Shown here piece after piece: positions 50,545 to 59,411 of a stretch of 64,000 nt of DNA. The position numbers and the translations under genes are program-made. A model generated the notes under the pieces. It searched no databases, had not been told where the DNA came from, and was given only the letters and a program-made list of their open reading frames with translations. Every line of letters begins with the position of its first letter. Position 1 is the stretch's first letter. The stretch lies in assembly GCA_963727775.1 (NCBI GenBank), contig CAVSHB010000004.1:1-64000 (forward strand). Direction: 5' to 3'. This DNA comes from an uncultured Nitrospiraceae bacterium. Its GTDB lineage: Bacteria; Nitrospirota; Thermodesulfovibrionia; Thermodesulfovibrionales; SM23-35.

Positions 50545-51906
50545 ATGAAAGATTATGATGTCATAGTAATCGGGGCCGGTGTGGGGATGATCGTTGTATT
50601 TAAGGCATTATCAGGCGGGAAAAAGGTCGCGCTGATCGATAAGGGAAATCCAGGCGGCACATGCCTTAATGTAGGATGCGTCCCTTCCAAGATGCTTATA
50701 TATCCTGCCGATAGAATAGCCGAGATAAAGGAATCCGGGAAGCTCGGGATACACGCGAAGATAACCGGCATCGATTTCAGTTCCATTATGGGGCGAATGA
50801 GAAAGACCGTCCGGCTTGGCCGGAAATATCTGACAAAAGCGATAAGAGAGACGGCAAATCTTGATTTTTATAACAAGGAATTTCATTTTGTCGATGGGCA
50901 TACATTGAAGACAAAGAACGAAACCATCAGGGGAAAGCAAATTTTCATCGCGTCAGGTTCCCGTCCCTTAATCCCTCCAATTAAAGGGCTGGACACTATT
51001 GACTATTTAACTAATGAGAGTGTTCTGGAGCTTAAAAAGAAACCGGACAGCATCATCGTTATAGGCGGAGGGTATATAGCGGTTGAATATGCCCATTTCT
51101 TCGCGGCTATTGGGACCAGGGTAACAATACTGGAGATCGGAGAGAGATTACTGTCAGCTGAAGAACCGGAAATATCGGACCTCTTAAAAAAAGAACTGTC
51201 GAAGCGCATGGATATCCGTACCCGCACTGCGGCAGTGGAAGTCAGGAAAAACAGATATGGATGCAGTGTTCTTGCAGTGGACATATCCACCAAAAAAGAA
51301 ACGGTGATAAGTGCTGAAAGAATAATGGTTGCAACAGGAAGAAAGTCCAATGCCGATTCATTAAAGGCTGAAAAAGCAGGCATCGAAACGAACCATTTTC
51401 ATTACATAAAAGTAAACGACCGGCTCGAAACAAACAAAAAACATATTTGGGCCTTCGGCGATGCCGTCGGGAAACAGATGTTCACTCACGCCGGCGACAA
51501 AGAAGCCGAGATCGCGTGGCATAACGCTACTCATAATAAAAAAATAAAAATGGATTTTTCTGCTGTTCCGTACGCGGTTTTCACACATCCCCAGATTGCA
51601 GCAGTCGGTTTGACGGAAGCAGAGGCAAGAATAAATCATGATATTTTAGTGGGGAAAGCAAAGTACTCGGACATTGTGGCCGGTGATACAATGGCCGAAA
51701 CAGACGGGTTTGCAAAAGCGATTGTCGAAAAAAAGACTGATAAAGTCCTCGGGTTCCACATTATAGGACCATATGCCACACATATCATTCAGGAAATCGC
51801 CAATGCCGTTGCAATCGGGAACACGGCCCGGCAGATCACAAACAGCATGCACGTTTTTCCCTCGCTGTCGGAGCTTATAACAGAAGCCCTGAATAACCTC
51901 GGATAG
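50545..51906 (+). CDS. Flavoprotein disulfide reductase (dihydrolipoyl dehydrogenase/mycothione reductase-like family)
   Basis: GAG, GGTCLNVGCVPSK, GGGYIAVE, ATGR, AFGDA. C-terminal HVFPSLSE. Confidence 0.88.
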   Translation: MKDYDVIVIGAGVGMIVVFKALSGGKKVALIDKGNPGGTCLNVGCVPSKMLIYPADRIAEIKESGKLGIHAKITGIDFSSIMGRMRKTVRLGRKYLTKAIRETANLDFYNKEFHFVDGHTLKTKNETIRGKQIFIASGSRPLIPPIKGLDTIDYLTNESVLELKKKPDSIIVIGGGYIAVEYAHFFAAIGTRVTILEIGERLLSAEEPEISDLLKKELSKRMDIRTRTAAVEVRKNRYGCSVLAVDISTKKETVISAERIMVATGRKSNADSLKAEKAGIETNHFHYIKVNDRLETNKKHIWAFGDAVGKQMFTHAGDKEAEIAWHNATHNKKIKMDFSAVPYAVFTHPQIAAVGLTEAEARINHDILVGKAKYSDIVAGDTMAETDGFAKAIVEKKTDKVLGFHIIGPYATHIIQEIANAVAIGNTARQITNSMHVFPSLSELITEALNNLG

Positions 51907-51987
51907 CAAAAGCTCACCAATGCTGCAGTGCAGAATTTGTCTGCTGCCTAACGCGTCTCAACTGGTCCGTCACGCGAAGTACAGCCA

Positions 51988-52380
51988 TTATGTGGAGTTC
52001 CCCGTTATGTGAAGTAAACCTTGCAAGTATATGAATCACAATAATTATCGCTCAATCTACTTCACATAACGGGTAGGCTTACAGTGATTCAAGCCAGCCT
52101 ATGATATCATTGTTGTGTTTGATAAGATGCTGCAGGTTCTCGACCTTGCATGCTGGCGCACAAGTCGAAAGGGCCTTACGTTTCATCTCAAGATCGATTT
52201 CCACATATGCATGGGTAGTATCGAGATTGACATGGCCGAGCCAGTTTTTGATTACAGTGAGATCAACCCCCGACTGGAGCAAATGCATAGCCGTTGTGTG
52301 GCGGAACGTATGGGGGCCAACTTTCTTTTTAGCGAGACTGGGACATTGCTCTGTGGCGGCAGAAATTCGCGCCCGGATTA
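51988..52380 (-). mobile_element. Remnant end of a RIT-like tyrosine-recombinase element
   Basis: Perfect 16-bp IR CCCGTTATGTGAAGTA (52001-52016 / 52058-52073), a third box at 51988-51998, and a recombinase C-terminus. Confidence 0.65.
52079..52380 (-). pseudogene. Tyrosine recombinase C-terminal fragment
   Basis: CPSLAKKKVGPHTFRHTTAMHLLQSGVD...WLGH...TTHAY. The N-terminus is cut off at 52381. Confidence 0.85.
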
Positions 52381-52465
52381 TGTGCTAACGACCAGATAAT
52401 GATACCAAAGATTTGAGGAAATAGGGTGACACTCCAAGTTTAGGTTAACGAAAGGAGTGTCATAG

Positions 52466-54028
52466 ATGGAACCAGCAGAGGGTGTACAAAAGAGCAGTAC
52501 AAAGAGGAAGTTTCCGAAGCGAAGCAATCGTTACGGGCCCGATTTCAAGCTTCAAATAGTCAAGAAGTACGTTGAGGAGAGCGTTCCCGTTCCGGTGATC
52601 CGGCAGGAATGCGGAGTGAGCAGTAATTCGGTAAGACGCTGGGTACGTGCCTATCGTCGTGAGGGCGAAGCCGGACTATCGATGAGGTACACCGGTAAGG
52701 GACGCAGCCTTCCCACTCCAGTGAAAGAGAAGATCGTCGAAATCAAAGAAGGCAACCCGCTTTTCGGTATCAAGCGCATTTCGCAACTATTAAAGAGAGT
52801 GTTTTTCCTTTCCGCCAGCCCTGAGACGGTCCGTAAGACACTGCATGAATCATCCCTCATGACGGCCCCACCCAAGAAGCGGCAGCGTAATATTACCCGT
52901 CCCCGGTTTTTCGAGCGATCAACACCGAACCAGCTTTGGCAGACGGATATCTTTACGTTTCGACTTGGGGGCCGCTATGCGTTTCTGATCGGCTATATAG
53001 ACGATTATTCCCGCTACATAACGGGGCTTGAGCTTTTCCGCAGCCAAACGGCGCAGAATGTTATAGAGGTATACCGTCGGGCGGCCTCCGAGTACAACCC
53101 GCCCAAAGAGATGCTTACGGATAATGGGCGGCAGTATACGAGCTGGCGCGGCAACAGCCGCTTCGAACTGGAGTTAAAGAAAGACAAAATCCACCACATC
53201 AAATCGCAGCCTCACCACCCGATGACATTAGGGAAGATAGAGCGATTCTGGAAGACGATTTTTCTGGAGTTCCTAAGCCGAGCCCAGTTCGGTAGCTTTG
53301 AAGATGCGGTTGAGCGGATACGTCAGTGGGTGAAGTATTACAACCATAAAAGGCCGCATCAGGGTATCGGCGGCTTGTGTCCCGCAGACCGGTATTTTGA
53401 GATCCAGAGCGAGCTTAGAAAGACCATCGAGCAGGGCATCCAGGACAACCTCCTTGAGATGGCGCTAAGGGGCAAGCCGCGCCTGCCGTTTTACATGGTG
53501 GGCCGGATGGAGGGGCAGTCGGTGGTGCTGCGTGCGGAAAAGGGCAGGCTGAGGTTGTCGGTTGACGCCGAAAACGACGACATTACGCAGGAAGTAGTTT
53601 ACAATCTAAATGAGAAAGGACATGACAATGGAGAAGACGGAGAAGATAAAGAGCGAGAAGAAGCGGCAGCCGATGAACTACGGGGCAATGGAAAAGTGCA
53701 AGGCGGTACTGTCTGTATGGACGGAGAGGCGCAGACCGGCGGAGATATGCCGGGAGCTGTCGATCCCCTGGATGGCGCTTGCGCACTGGCAGAGGCGGGC
53801 AATGGAGGGGATGCTCCAGGCGCTGGAGCCGAGGGTGAGCCTGGACAGGGGGCCAGCGCTTTCTCCCCGCTTGCAGGCGTTGCTGGAGAAGAAGCGTCTG
53901 ACGCTCTTGACGAGCACAGTGCAGGGCAGACTGGAAAGGACGCTATCAAAGGCACAGGAAGCAAGGAAAGCGGAGACGCCTCAGTCGAAGGAGATAAAAC
54001 CCTCCGGCGAAGCCTTGCGGAAAACTGA
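52466..54028 (+). CDS. IS481-like DDE transposase (HTH + rve core) with a low-complexity acidic tail
   Basis: PNQLWQTDIF, IDDYSRY, LTDNGRQY, GKIERFW, YN..RPHQG. Confidence 0.88.
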   Translation: MEPAEGVQKSSTKRKFPKRSNRYGPDFKLQIVKKYVEESVPVPVIRQECGVSSNSVRRWVRAYRREGEAGLSMRYTGKGRSLPTPVKEKIVEIKEGNPLFGIKRISQLLKRVFFLSASPETVRKTLHESSLMTAPPKKRQRNITRPRFFERSTPNQLWQTDIFTFRLGGRYAFLIGYIDDYSRYITGLELFRSQTAQNVIEVYRRAASEYNPPKEMLTDNGRQYTSWRGNSRFELELKKDKIHHIKSQPHHPMTLGKIERFWKTIFLEFLSRAQFGSFEDAVERIRQWVKYYNHKRPHQGIGGLCPADRYFEIQSELRKTIEQGIQDNLLEMALRGKPRLPFYMVGRMEGQSVVLRAEKGRLRLSVDAENDDITQEVVYNLNEKGHDNGEDGEDKEREEAAADELRGNGKVQGGTVCMDGEAQTGGDMPGAVDPLDGACALAEAGNGGDAPGAGAEGEPGQGASAFSPLAGVAGEEASDALDEHSAGQTGKDAIKGTGSKESGDASVEGDKTLRRSLAEN

Positions 54029-54038
54029 GAAACCGTAG
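53622..54038 (+). CDS. HTH protein overlapping the transposase tail in another frame
   Basis: AAGGA RBS. KAVLSVW..RRPAEICRELSI.W..LAHWQRRA resembles transposase OrfA-type HTHs. Confidence 0.6.
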   Translation: MTMEKTEKIKSEKKRQPMNYGAMEKCKAVLSVWTERRRPAEICRELSIPWMALAHWQRRAMEGMLQALEPRVSLDRGPALSPRLQALLEKKRLTLLTSTVQGRLERTLSKAQEARKAETPQSKEIKPSGEALRKTEKP

Positions 54039-54182
54039 CGTAGAGACATCCTAATAATGGGGCAAGGCAGAAAACGGGTGATGGTTAAATATGGACCGAG
54101 TTGAGAAAATCGATTGTAGGGCTTCTGAGGAAGGCGATTTTCTCTCAATCCGAAGATTTTTAGTTGTTAAAGGGAGTGTGCT

Positions 54183-54569
54183 ATGAGCGACTCAAAGGAT
54201 AAGGAGCGTGCCCGCCAAAGAGCAGCGGTGGTGTTTGCCGTGCGCAGCGGCCAGATAACAGCCGAGGAGGGTGCGCGCCGACTGGGCGTGTCCCGCAAGA
54301 CCTACTACGAATGGGAAAGCCGGGCATTACAGGCGATGACAGAAGCCATGGAAAACAAATCTGCCGGCAGACCGAACATGCCGCAGGACGAGGAGAAGCA
54401 GCGTTTACAGGAGGAGGTTACCGAACTCCGGAAGAAGTTGTTTGTCGCTGAAAAGACGGTAGAAGTGCGGGATATGTTGCATGCGTATGAGTTGCAGAAT
54501 GCCGGTGATAAGAAAAGCGTCCCGACAAATCGGGAGGAAAAAAAACGAAAGCAAAGGAAGAAACGATAA
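54183..54569 (+). CDS. HTH + coiled-coil protein (transposase OrfA-like)
   Basis: GQITAEEGARRLGVSRKTYYEWE; GGGAG RBS. Confidence 0.8.
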   Translation: MSDSKDKERARQRAAVVFAVRSGQITAEEGARRLGVSRKTYYEWESRALQAMTEAMENKSAGRPNMPQDEEKQRLQEEVTELRKKLFVAEKTVEVRDMLHAYELQNAGDKKSVPTNREEKKRKQRKKR

Positions 54570-54574
54570 CTCGT

Positions 54575-55618
54575 ATGCTTGCCATGATTGACCAGATCAG
54601 GGAGAGGACCGGGATGCCCTACAGAGCGATCTGCTATGCCGTAAGACTGCCCTACCCGAGTTTTATGCGGTGGCGCATACGGCGCAAAAAAGATACGCCC
54701 TTGGTGCGGCAACCTGGTCCTCCCAAGGTCAAGCCACCGGATTTTGGCAAGATTGAGCAGGATATAGCACAGTTATCTCACGGGCACAATCGCACGCAGG
54801 GAACCGGGGCGTTATATGTTCGCTACGGATCCACCGTATCAAGGCGGAAGCTGCATACAATGGTAGCAATGGCGCGGCACGATCTCAATACCTACCATCG
54901 TCAGAATCTGCGGCGCATCCGCTGGAACGTGCCGAACGTCGCCTGGTCCATGGACCCCTGCGAATACGAACAGCGTGACGCAACTGGTGCAAAGGTATAC
55001 CTGAACCAGATGCAAGATCTCGCGTCACGCTATAAGTTTAATCCCATGACGGGAGAAGTTCCCTGCGGCGAAGAGATATCCGGCTATCTTGCGGCAACCT
55101 TCAATCGGTTTGGAGCACCCCTGTTCCTAAAACGGGACAATGGAGGTAACCTCAATCATGCAGCTGTCAATGACGTGCTTGCCGATTATTTTGTCCTACC
55201 GGTGAATAGCCCGGTCCATTATCCGCCTTATAACGGTGCGATCGAAGAGGCGCAAACCGAGCTGAAAAATGGGCTTGCCGCTAAGCTCTCGTACAGGCCC
55301 TTTTGCCCACGAGAACACATAGAGGCATACGCCTCGACGGTTGAGCATGATCTTAATCACCAACCTCGTCCGTGCTTGAACGGTAACAACGCCTGCAGGG
55401 TGTACTTCATCGGAAAAAGAGCTTTTTCCAAATGGGAAAGGAGGGATGCCTATGTTTGGATAACGACCTTGCAGAGTGATATACTTTGCAGTGAAGGGGT
55501 TCAGCCCCAGGCGGCTTGGCGCATCGCCGTGGAGGCATGGCTGAACATGAAAGGCTTTATTACGATTACGATTAATGGAAAAGTGTTACCCAATTTTTTC
55601 TCATTTCGGTATCATTAA
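54575..55618 (+). CDS. Second DDE integrase-core protein
   Basis: WSMD, QDLASRY, LKRDNGGN, PPYNGAIE, LNHQPRPCL. Confidence 0.8.
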   Translation: MLAMIDQIRERTGMPYRAICYAVRLPYPSFMRWRIRRKKDTPLVRQPGPPKVKPPDFGKIEQDIAQLSHGHNRTQGTGALYVRYGSTVSRRKLHTMVAMARHDLNTYHRQNLRRIRWNVPNVAWSMDPCEYEQRDATGAKVYLNQMQDLASRYKFNPMTGEVPCGEEISGYLAATFNRFGAPLFLKRDNGGNLNHAAVNDVLADYFVLPVNSPVHYPPYNGAIEEAQTELKNGLAAKLSYRPFCPREHIEAYASTVEHDLNHQPRPCLNGNNACRVYFIGKRAFSKWERRDAYVWITTLQSDILCSEGVQPQAAWRIAVEAWLNMKGFITITINGKVLPNFFSFRYH

Positions 55619-55633
55619 CTCTTGGCGTGCACA

Positions 55634-57019
55634 GGACACATGAAGAAAACTATTCCCTCACTCGGGATTGTCCTTGACTGCTGTACAAAACCTTCCCATG
55701 ACCTGGGGAGAGAAGATTACTTTGACGCAATGTTCAATGAGATGAAAGACTACCTTGTTAAGAATGGTGTACGGAAGGTTATTGTTGCCTGTCCTAGTTG
55801 TCATAAAATCTTCAGGAAATATGGGGGAGAACTCTCTGTCAGCACCGTGTATGAGTATTTGTCGCAATATGGTATCCCTGATACTGGGAGCATCGCAGGA
55901 ACTATTACTGTACATGACCCCTGTGCACTCAGATTTGAAGAATCTGTCCATTCCGCCGTAAGAGATTTGGCCATAAAGAAAGGATTATCGATTGAAGAAA
56001 TGCCCCATAGCGGGGTTAAGGCACTATGCTGTGGCGAAGGAGGTTCTGTCGGCTGTTTATCACCTGATCTGGCAAAAAACTGGGGTATTCTCAGAAAGGG
56101 GGATACAAACGGAGACAGGATTATTACCTACTGTGCCGGCTGCGCAAACTTTTTAAGTTCATTAGTCCCTATCAGCCACATCCTCGATATCATGTTTGAA
56201 CCACAGGCAACCATGAACGGAAATGTTAAAGTTTCCAAAGCCCCTAAGACATACCTCAACCGCTTGAAACTGAAAAAACAGATGAAGCATATGGTAAATA
56301 ATGGTATAACCCGTGAGAGAACATTTACCTTCGATGAAGAGAACAAAAAAGGCAATATGCTGAAACGTATCCTGTTCCTGTCAGTTATCATTGCTGTTAT
56401 CCTCGCCATACGTCTTACCGGCGCTTCACGTTATATAGAACAGAATGCCCTCAAGGGGTTAATCCAGGGGTACGGAACATTGGCGCCATTGATTTATATG
56501 CTGGCGTATGCGGTAGCTCCTGTACTCCTTCTGCCCGGACTCCCCTTAACCATTGCAGGGGGAATTCTTTTTGGCCCTTTCTGGGGTGTTGTCTATACCA
56601 TAACGAGTGCAACCATAGGGGCCTGTGTAGCATTTCTTATATCACGCTATATTACCAGAGATTTTATAGAAGGAAAATTGAAAAGTCCCAGATGGCGCAA
56701 ACTCGACCAGGGAGTTGAACGGCATGGATGGAAGATTGTTGCTTTTACCCGATTAGTACCGCTGTTCCCTTTCAATCTCCTGAATTACGCCTTTGGTCTT
56801 ACAAAGATTAATTTCCTTCACTATGCGATAACAACCTTCATCTGCATGCTTCCCGCATGTATCGCATTTATCGTCTTTTCAAGTAGTCTTCTCGATGTGA
56901 TCAAAGGGGAAATATCACCGGCATTTTTGGTAGGGTTGGGTCTCATTGTTGCTGTATCATTGATACCCCTATTTTACAACCGCTATAAATTGAAAAATGG
57001 ATTAAACGATCCTTTATAA
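55634..57019 (+). pseudogene. Cys-rich (CCG) Fe-S domain fused to a TVP38/DedA (VTT) membrane domain, 5'-truncated
   Basis: DCC, ACPSC, HDPC, CCGEGG, YCAGC, then GGILFG and RLVPLFPFNLLNYAFGLT. The start is replaced by the element end. Confidence 0.75.
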
Positions 57020-57037
57020 CAAAAACACGGAGGAAAT

Positions 57038-57796
57038 ATGAACAAGGAAGGTATGAGCAGAAACAGTTTTCTTAAGACAGTATTTGTTGGTTCCTGTAGT
57101 TTAGGTCTTCTATCTGTAAACGGATTAAGACTATTCGCCGATGCAGCAGAAAAAGGTGCTCCTAAAACAGCAGCAAAATCCGGATCAGGTGATTCACTGG
57201 TTTTCCCTACAAAAGGAAACCCGATCCTCATTGATGAAAAAGGCAAAAGGGTGCTCATTTACACGGAAGTGCATGAGATGAATGTCCATCAGTCGAATGT
57301 CCACTGGGGAGTTGTGTTTAAAGACGGCAAATTTCAGGACAGAGGAATCTTAAGGGCGTATGCAAACCAGTTGGATTTCCATGATGCCCTGGTGAAAATA
57401 GGTGCAAAACCCGGGAATACTCTGTCAAAAGATACCGTCGGTCAATTTGTTCAGGGAGATACTCTGGATGTAAAAGCAACATGGCCGGGTCTTGGAAAAG
57501 AACTTTCCCTCAACGATATCTTTGTTGATGAAAAAGGTAAGCCTTTTACCATTAAATTCGGCGGAAACAGAAAGGCCTCGGAAGAACAGAAGACAGGATG
57601 CATCACCTGCCTTGAAAGCTGCTGGATATCCATTTCAAGCAATGCAAATTATCCGCAGACGGGACCGATAAAGAGATTCTTGAATCCCAATTCACACTTT
57701 AAGGGAAATGCAAATATTCTTCCCGGAGATGGGAAACCTGTCGTTCTCATATACAAAGTGGCAAGTACGAGCAACAGTAGGATAAAGAGTTCTTAA
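57038..57796 (+). CDS. YdjY-like exported Cys-motif protein
   Basis: Tat-like SRNSFLK leader, HWGVVFKDG, LVKIGAKPGN, FGGN...TGCITCLESC. Lies next to a DedA/TVP38 gene as in ydjXYZ. Confidence 0.7.
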   Translation: MNKEGMSRNSFLKTVFVGSCSLGLLSVNGLRLFADAAEKGAPKTAAKSGSGDSLVFPTKGNPILIDEKGKRVLIYTEVHEMNVHQSNVHWGVVFKDGKFQDRGILRAYANQLDFHDALVKIGAKPGNTLSKDTVGQFVQGDTLDVKATWPGLGKELSLNDIFVDEKGKPFTIKFGGNRKASEEQKTGCITCLESCWISISSNANYPQTGPIKRFLNPNSHFKGNANILPGDGKPVVLIYKVASTSNSRIKSS

Positions 57797-58004
57797 TATC
57801 GAACTTTCGGATGACGTAGTCTCGAATGCGCAGTATAGGGACTAATGAACAACGTTGCAACTTCTCGAACATGGTCATTTAGAGGTGAATCTAAAAGCTG
57901 AAGACGTGTCACTTTGGGGTACGCACTAACCGGATGTCAGATACGATTCAGCTTCTATGACTATGGACTATCCTTAACAGGCGGCAGGGAGTCACCGCAT
58001 AAAT

Positions 58005-59411
58005 TTACGCGCTCACTTCTACCCGGTTCCTGCCTTTTCTCTTGGCATCATACATCGCGTCATCCGCCCTTTTGATAAGGGCATCCTCCGTATCGTCCGG
58101 TTTATACTCGGCTATGCCGAAGCTTACAGTGACCGGGCCGGCATGGTTAAATTTATAGCTCTCAATTTCTTTTCGAATCCTCTCTACCAACACTATGGCT
58201 TTTTCCAAATCCGTATCAGGTGCGATCAGGATAAACTCCTCTCCGCCCCATCTCACAAGATAATCGGTCTCCCTGAGATTCTTCCTGACAATTTTGGTTA
58301 GAGTCCGGAGCACGGAATCGCCGACAGCGTGACCGAAGGTGTCATTTATCTTTTTAAAGTGGTCTATATCAAACATAACAATGGACAGGGGATGAAAGTA
58401 CCTTTTCGCTCTCTCCATCTCCTTTTTGATTACCTCATAAAATTTCGTCCTGTTAAACGCCTGTGTCAATTTGTCCGTTGTAGCAAGTCTTTCAAGTTCT
58501 TTCTCCAATTGTTTTCGTCTTGTGATATTACGCACAATGCCGGAATAGAAGGTCTCTCCTTTGACGTTCCACATGGAAACGGCAAGTTCTATAGGGAAAT
58601 TATGCCCGTCCTTTCTCAGTCCCTGCATTTCATTTACCCTGCCGATATATTTTGATTTACTTGTCGCTTTTAGACGTTCTATCCCCTGTTGATGAGCCTC
58701 TCTGTACTGCTCAGGCATCAAAACCGTTAAAGGCTTTCCCAATATTTCATCTTCCGCATATCCGAATATGTTTTGAGAACTTTCGTTCCAGAAGACAATC
58801 TTTCCGTTGCTGTCGGCCAAAATAATTGCATCTACCGCCGTTTGTGCTATAGTACGGAATCTTTCTTCACTTTCCATATATATGGATTGTGACTTCTCAA
58901 GTTCCATTTTTGCATTGCGTAACGACTCGGTCTCCCGGAGCAGTTCCTCTGCATGCTTGCGGCCTGTGAGGTCTTCACATGCCGTCACAATGCCGACAGG
59001 CGCCCCTTTTGCATTTTTAACTGCAATAGATGTCAAATGCACGGGAAACAGTTCACCGTTTTTACGAATGTTTATGCTGTCCCTGTTCCGAACCCCCATT
59101 TCAAATAACTCCTCAAATGTCAGAGGCTTCCATAATTCAGAAGGAGCAAATATTCTTGCTTCCTTTCCGACCAGCTCTTCAACTGTATAACCGTGGGTTA
59201 CCGCTTCGGCCGGATTTGTATATATAATTTTTCCTTCTGTATCACTGATGGTAATACCGATAGGCAGTGTCTCAATGGCCTCTTTCAACAACCTTAGTAT
59301 ATCCAGCGCTCCCCTGTACCCACTCTGAGATTCCTCAGCTTCGGCAGTACGTCTACTCAGTTCTGCTAATTCAGTCCAGATTTGTTTTCCTGTAATACCT
59401 TTATCTTTCAT
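58005..59411 (-). CDS. PAS-PAS-GGDEF diguanylate cyclase
   Basis: Two PAS/PAC domains, DIDHFK.INDTFGH, RETD I-site, GGEEF. Confidence 0.93.
   Translation of the reverse strand: MKDKGITGKQIWTELAELSRRTAEAEESQSGYRGALDILRLLKEAIETLPIGITISDTEGKIIYTNPAEAVTHGYTVEELVGKEARIFAPSELWKPLTFEELFEMGVRNRDSINIRKNGELFPVHLTSIAVKNAKGAPVGIVTACEDLTGRKHAEELLRETESLRNAKMELEKSQSIYMESEERFRTIAQTAVDAIILADSNGKIVFWNESSQNIFGYAEDEILGKPLTVLMPEQYREAHQQGIERLKATSKSKYIGRVNEMQGLRKDGHNFPIELAVSMWNVKGETFYSGIVRNITRRKQLEKELERLATTDKLTQAFNRTKFYEVIKKEMERAKRYFHPLSIVMFDIDHFKKINDTFGHAVGDSVLRTLTKIVRKNLRETDYLVRWGGEEFILIAPDTDLEKAIVLVERIRKEIESYKFNHAGPVTVSFGIAEYKPDDTEDALIKRADDAMYDAKRKGRNRVEVSA

Larger units (their letters stand above)
52381..55633 (+). 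mobile_element. 3.25-kb IS481-like element (TGT...ACA) with four ORFs
   Basis: Terminal IRs TGTGCTAACGACCAGATAATGATACC / TGTGCACGCCAAGAGTTAATGATACC (reverse complement). Both flanking genes are truncated at the ends. No TSD. Confidence 0.8.

Noticed and set aside
52079..52380. Tyrosine recombinase fragment as the missing integron integrase
   Set aside because: It lies 38 kb from the array, is only a C-terminal fragment, and its motifs and flanking boxes fit RIT-type recombinases.
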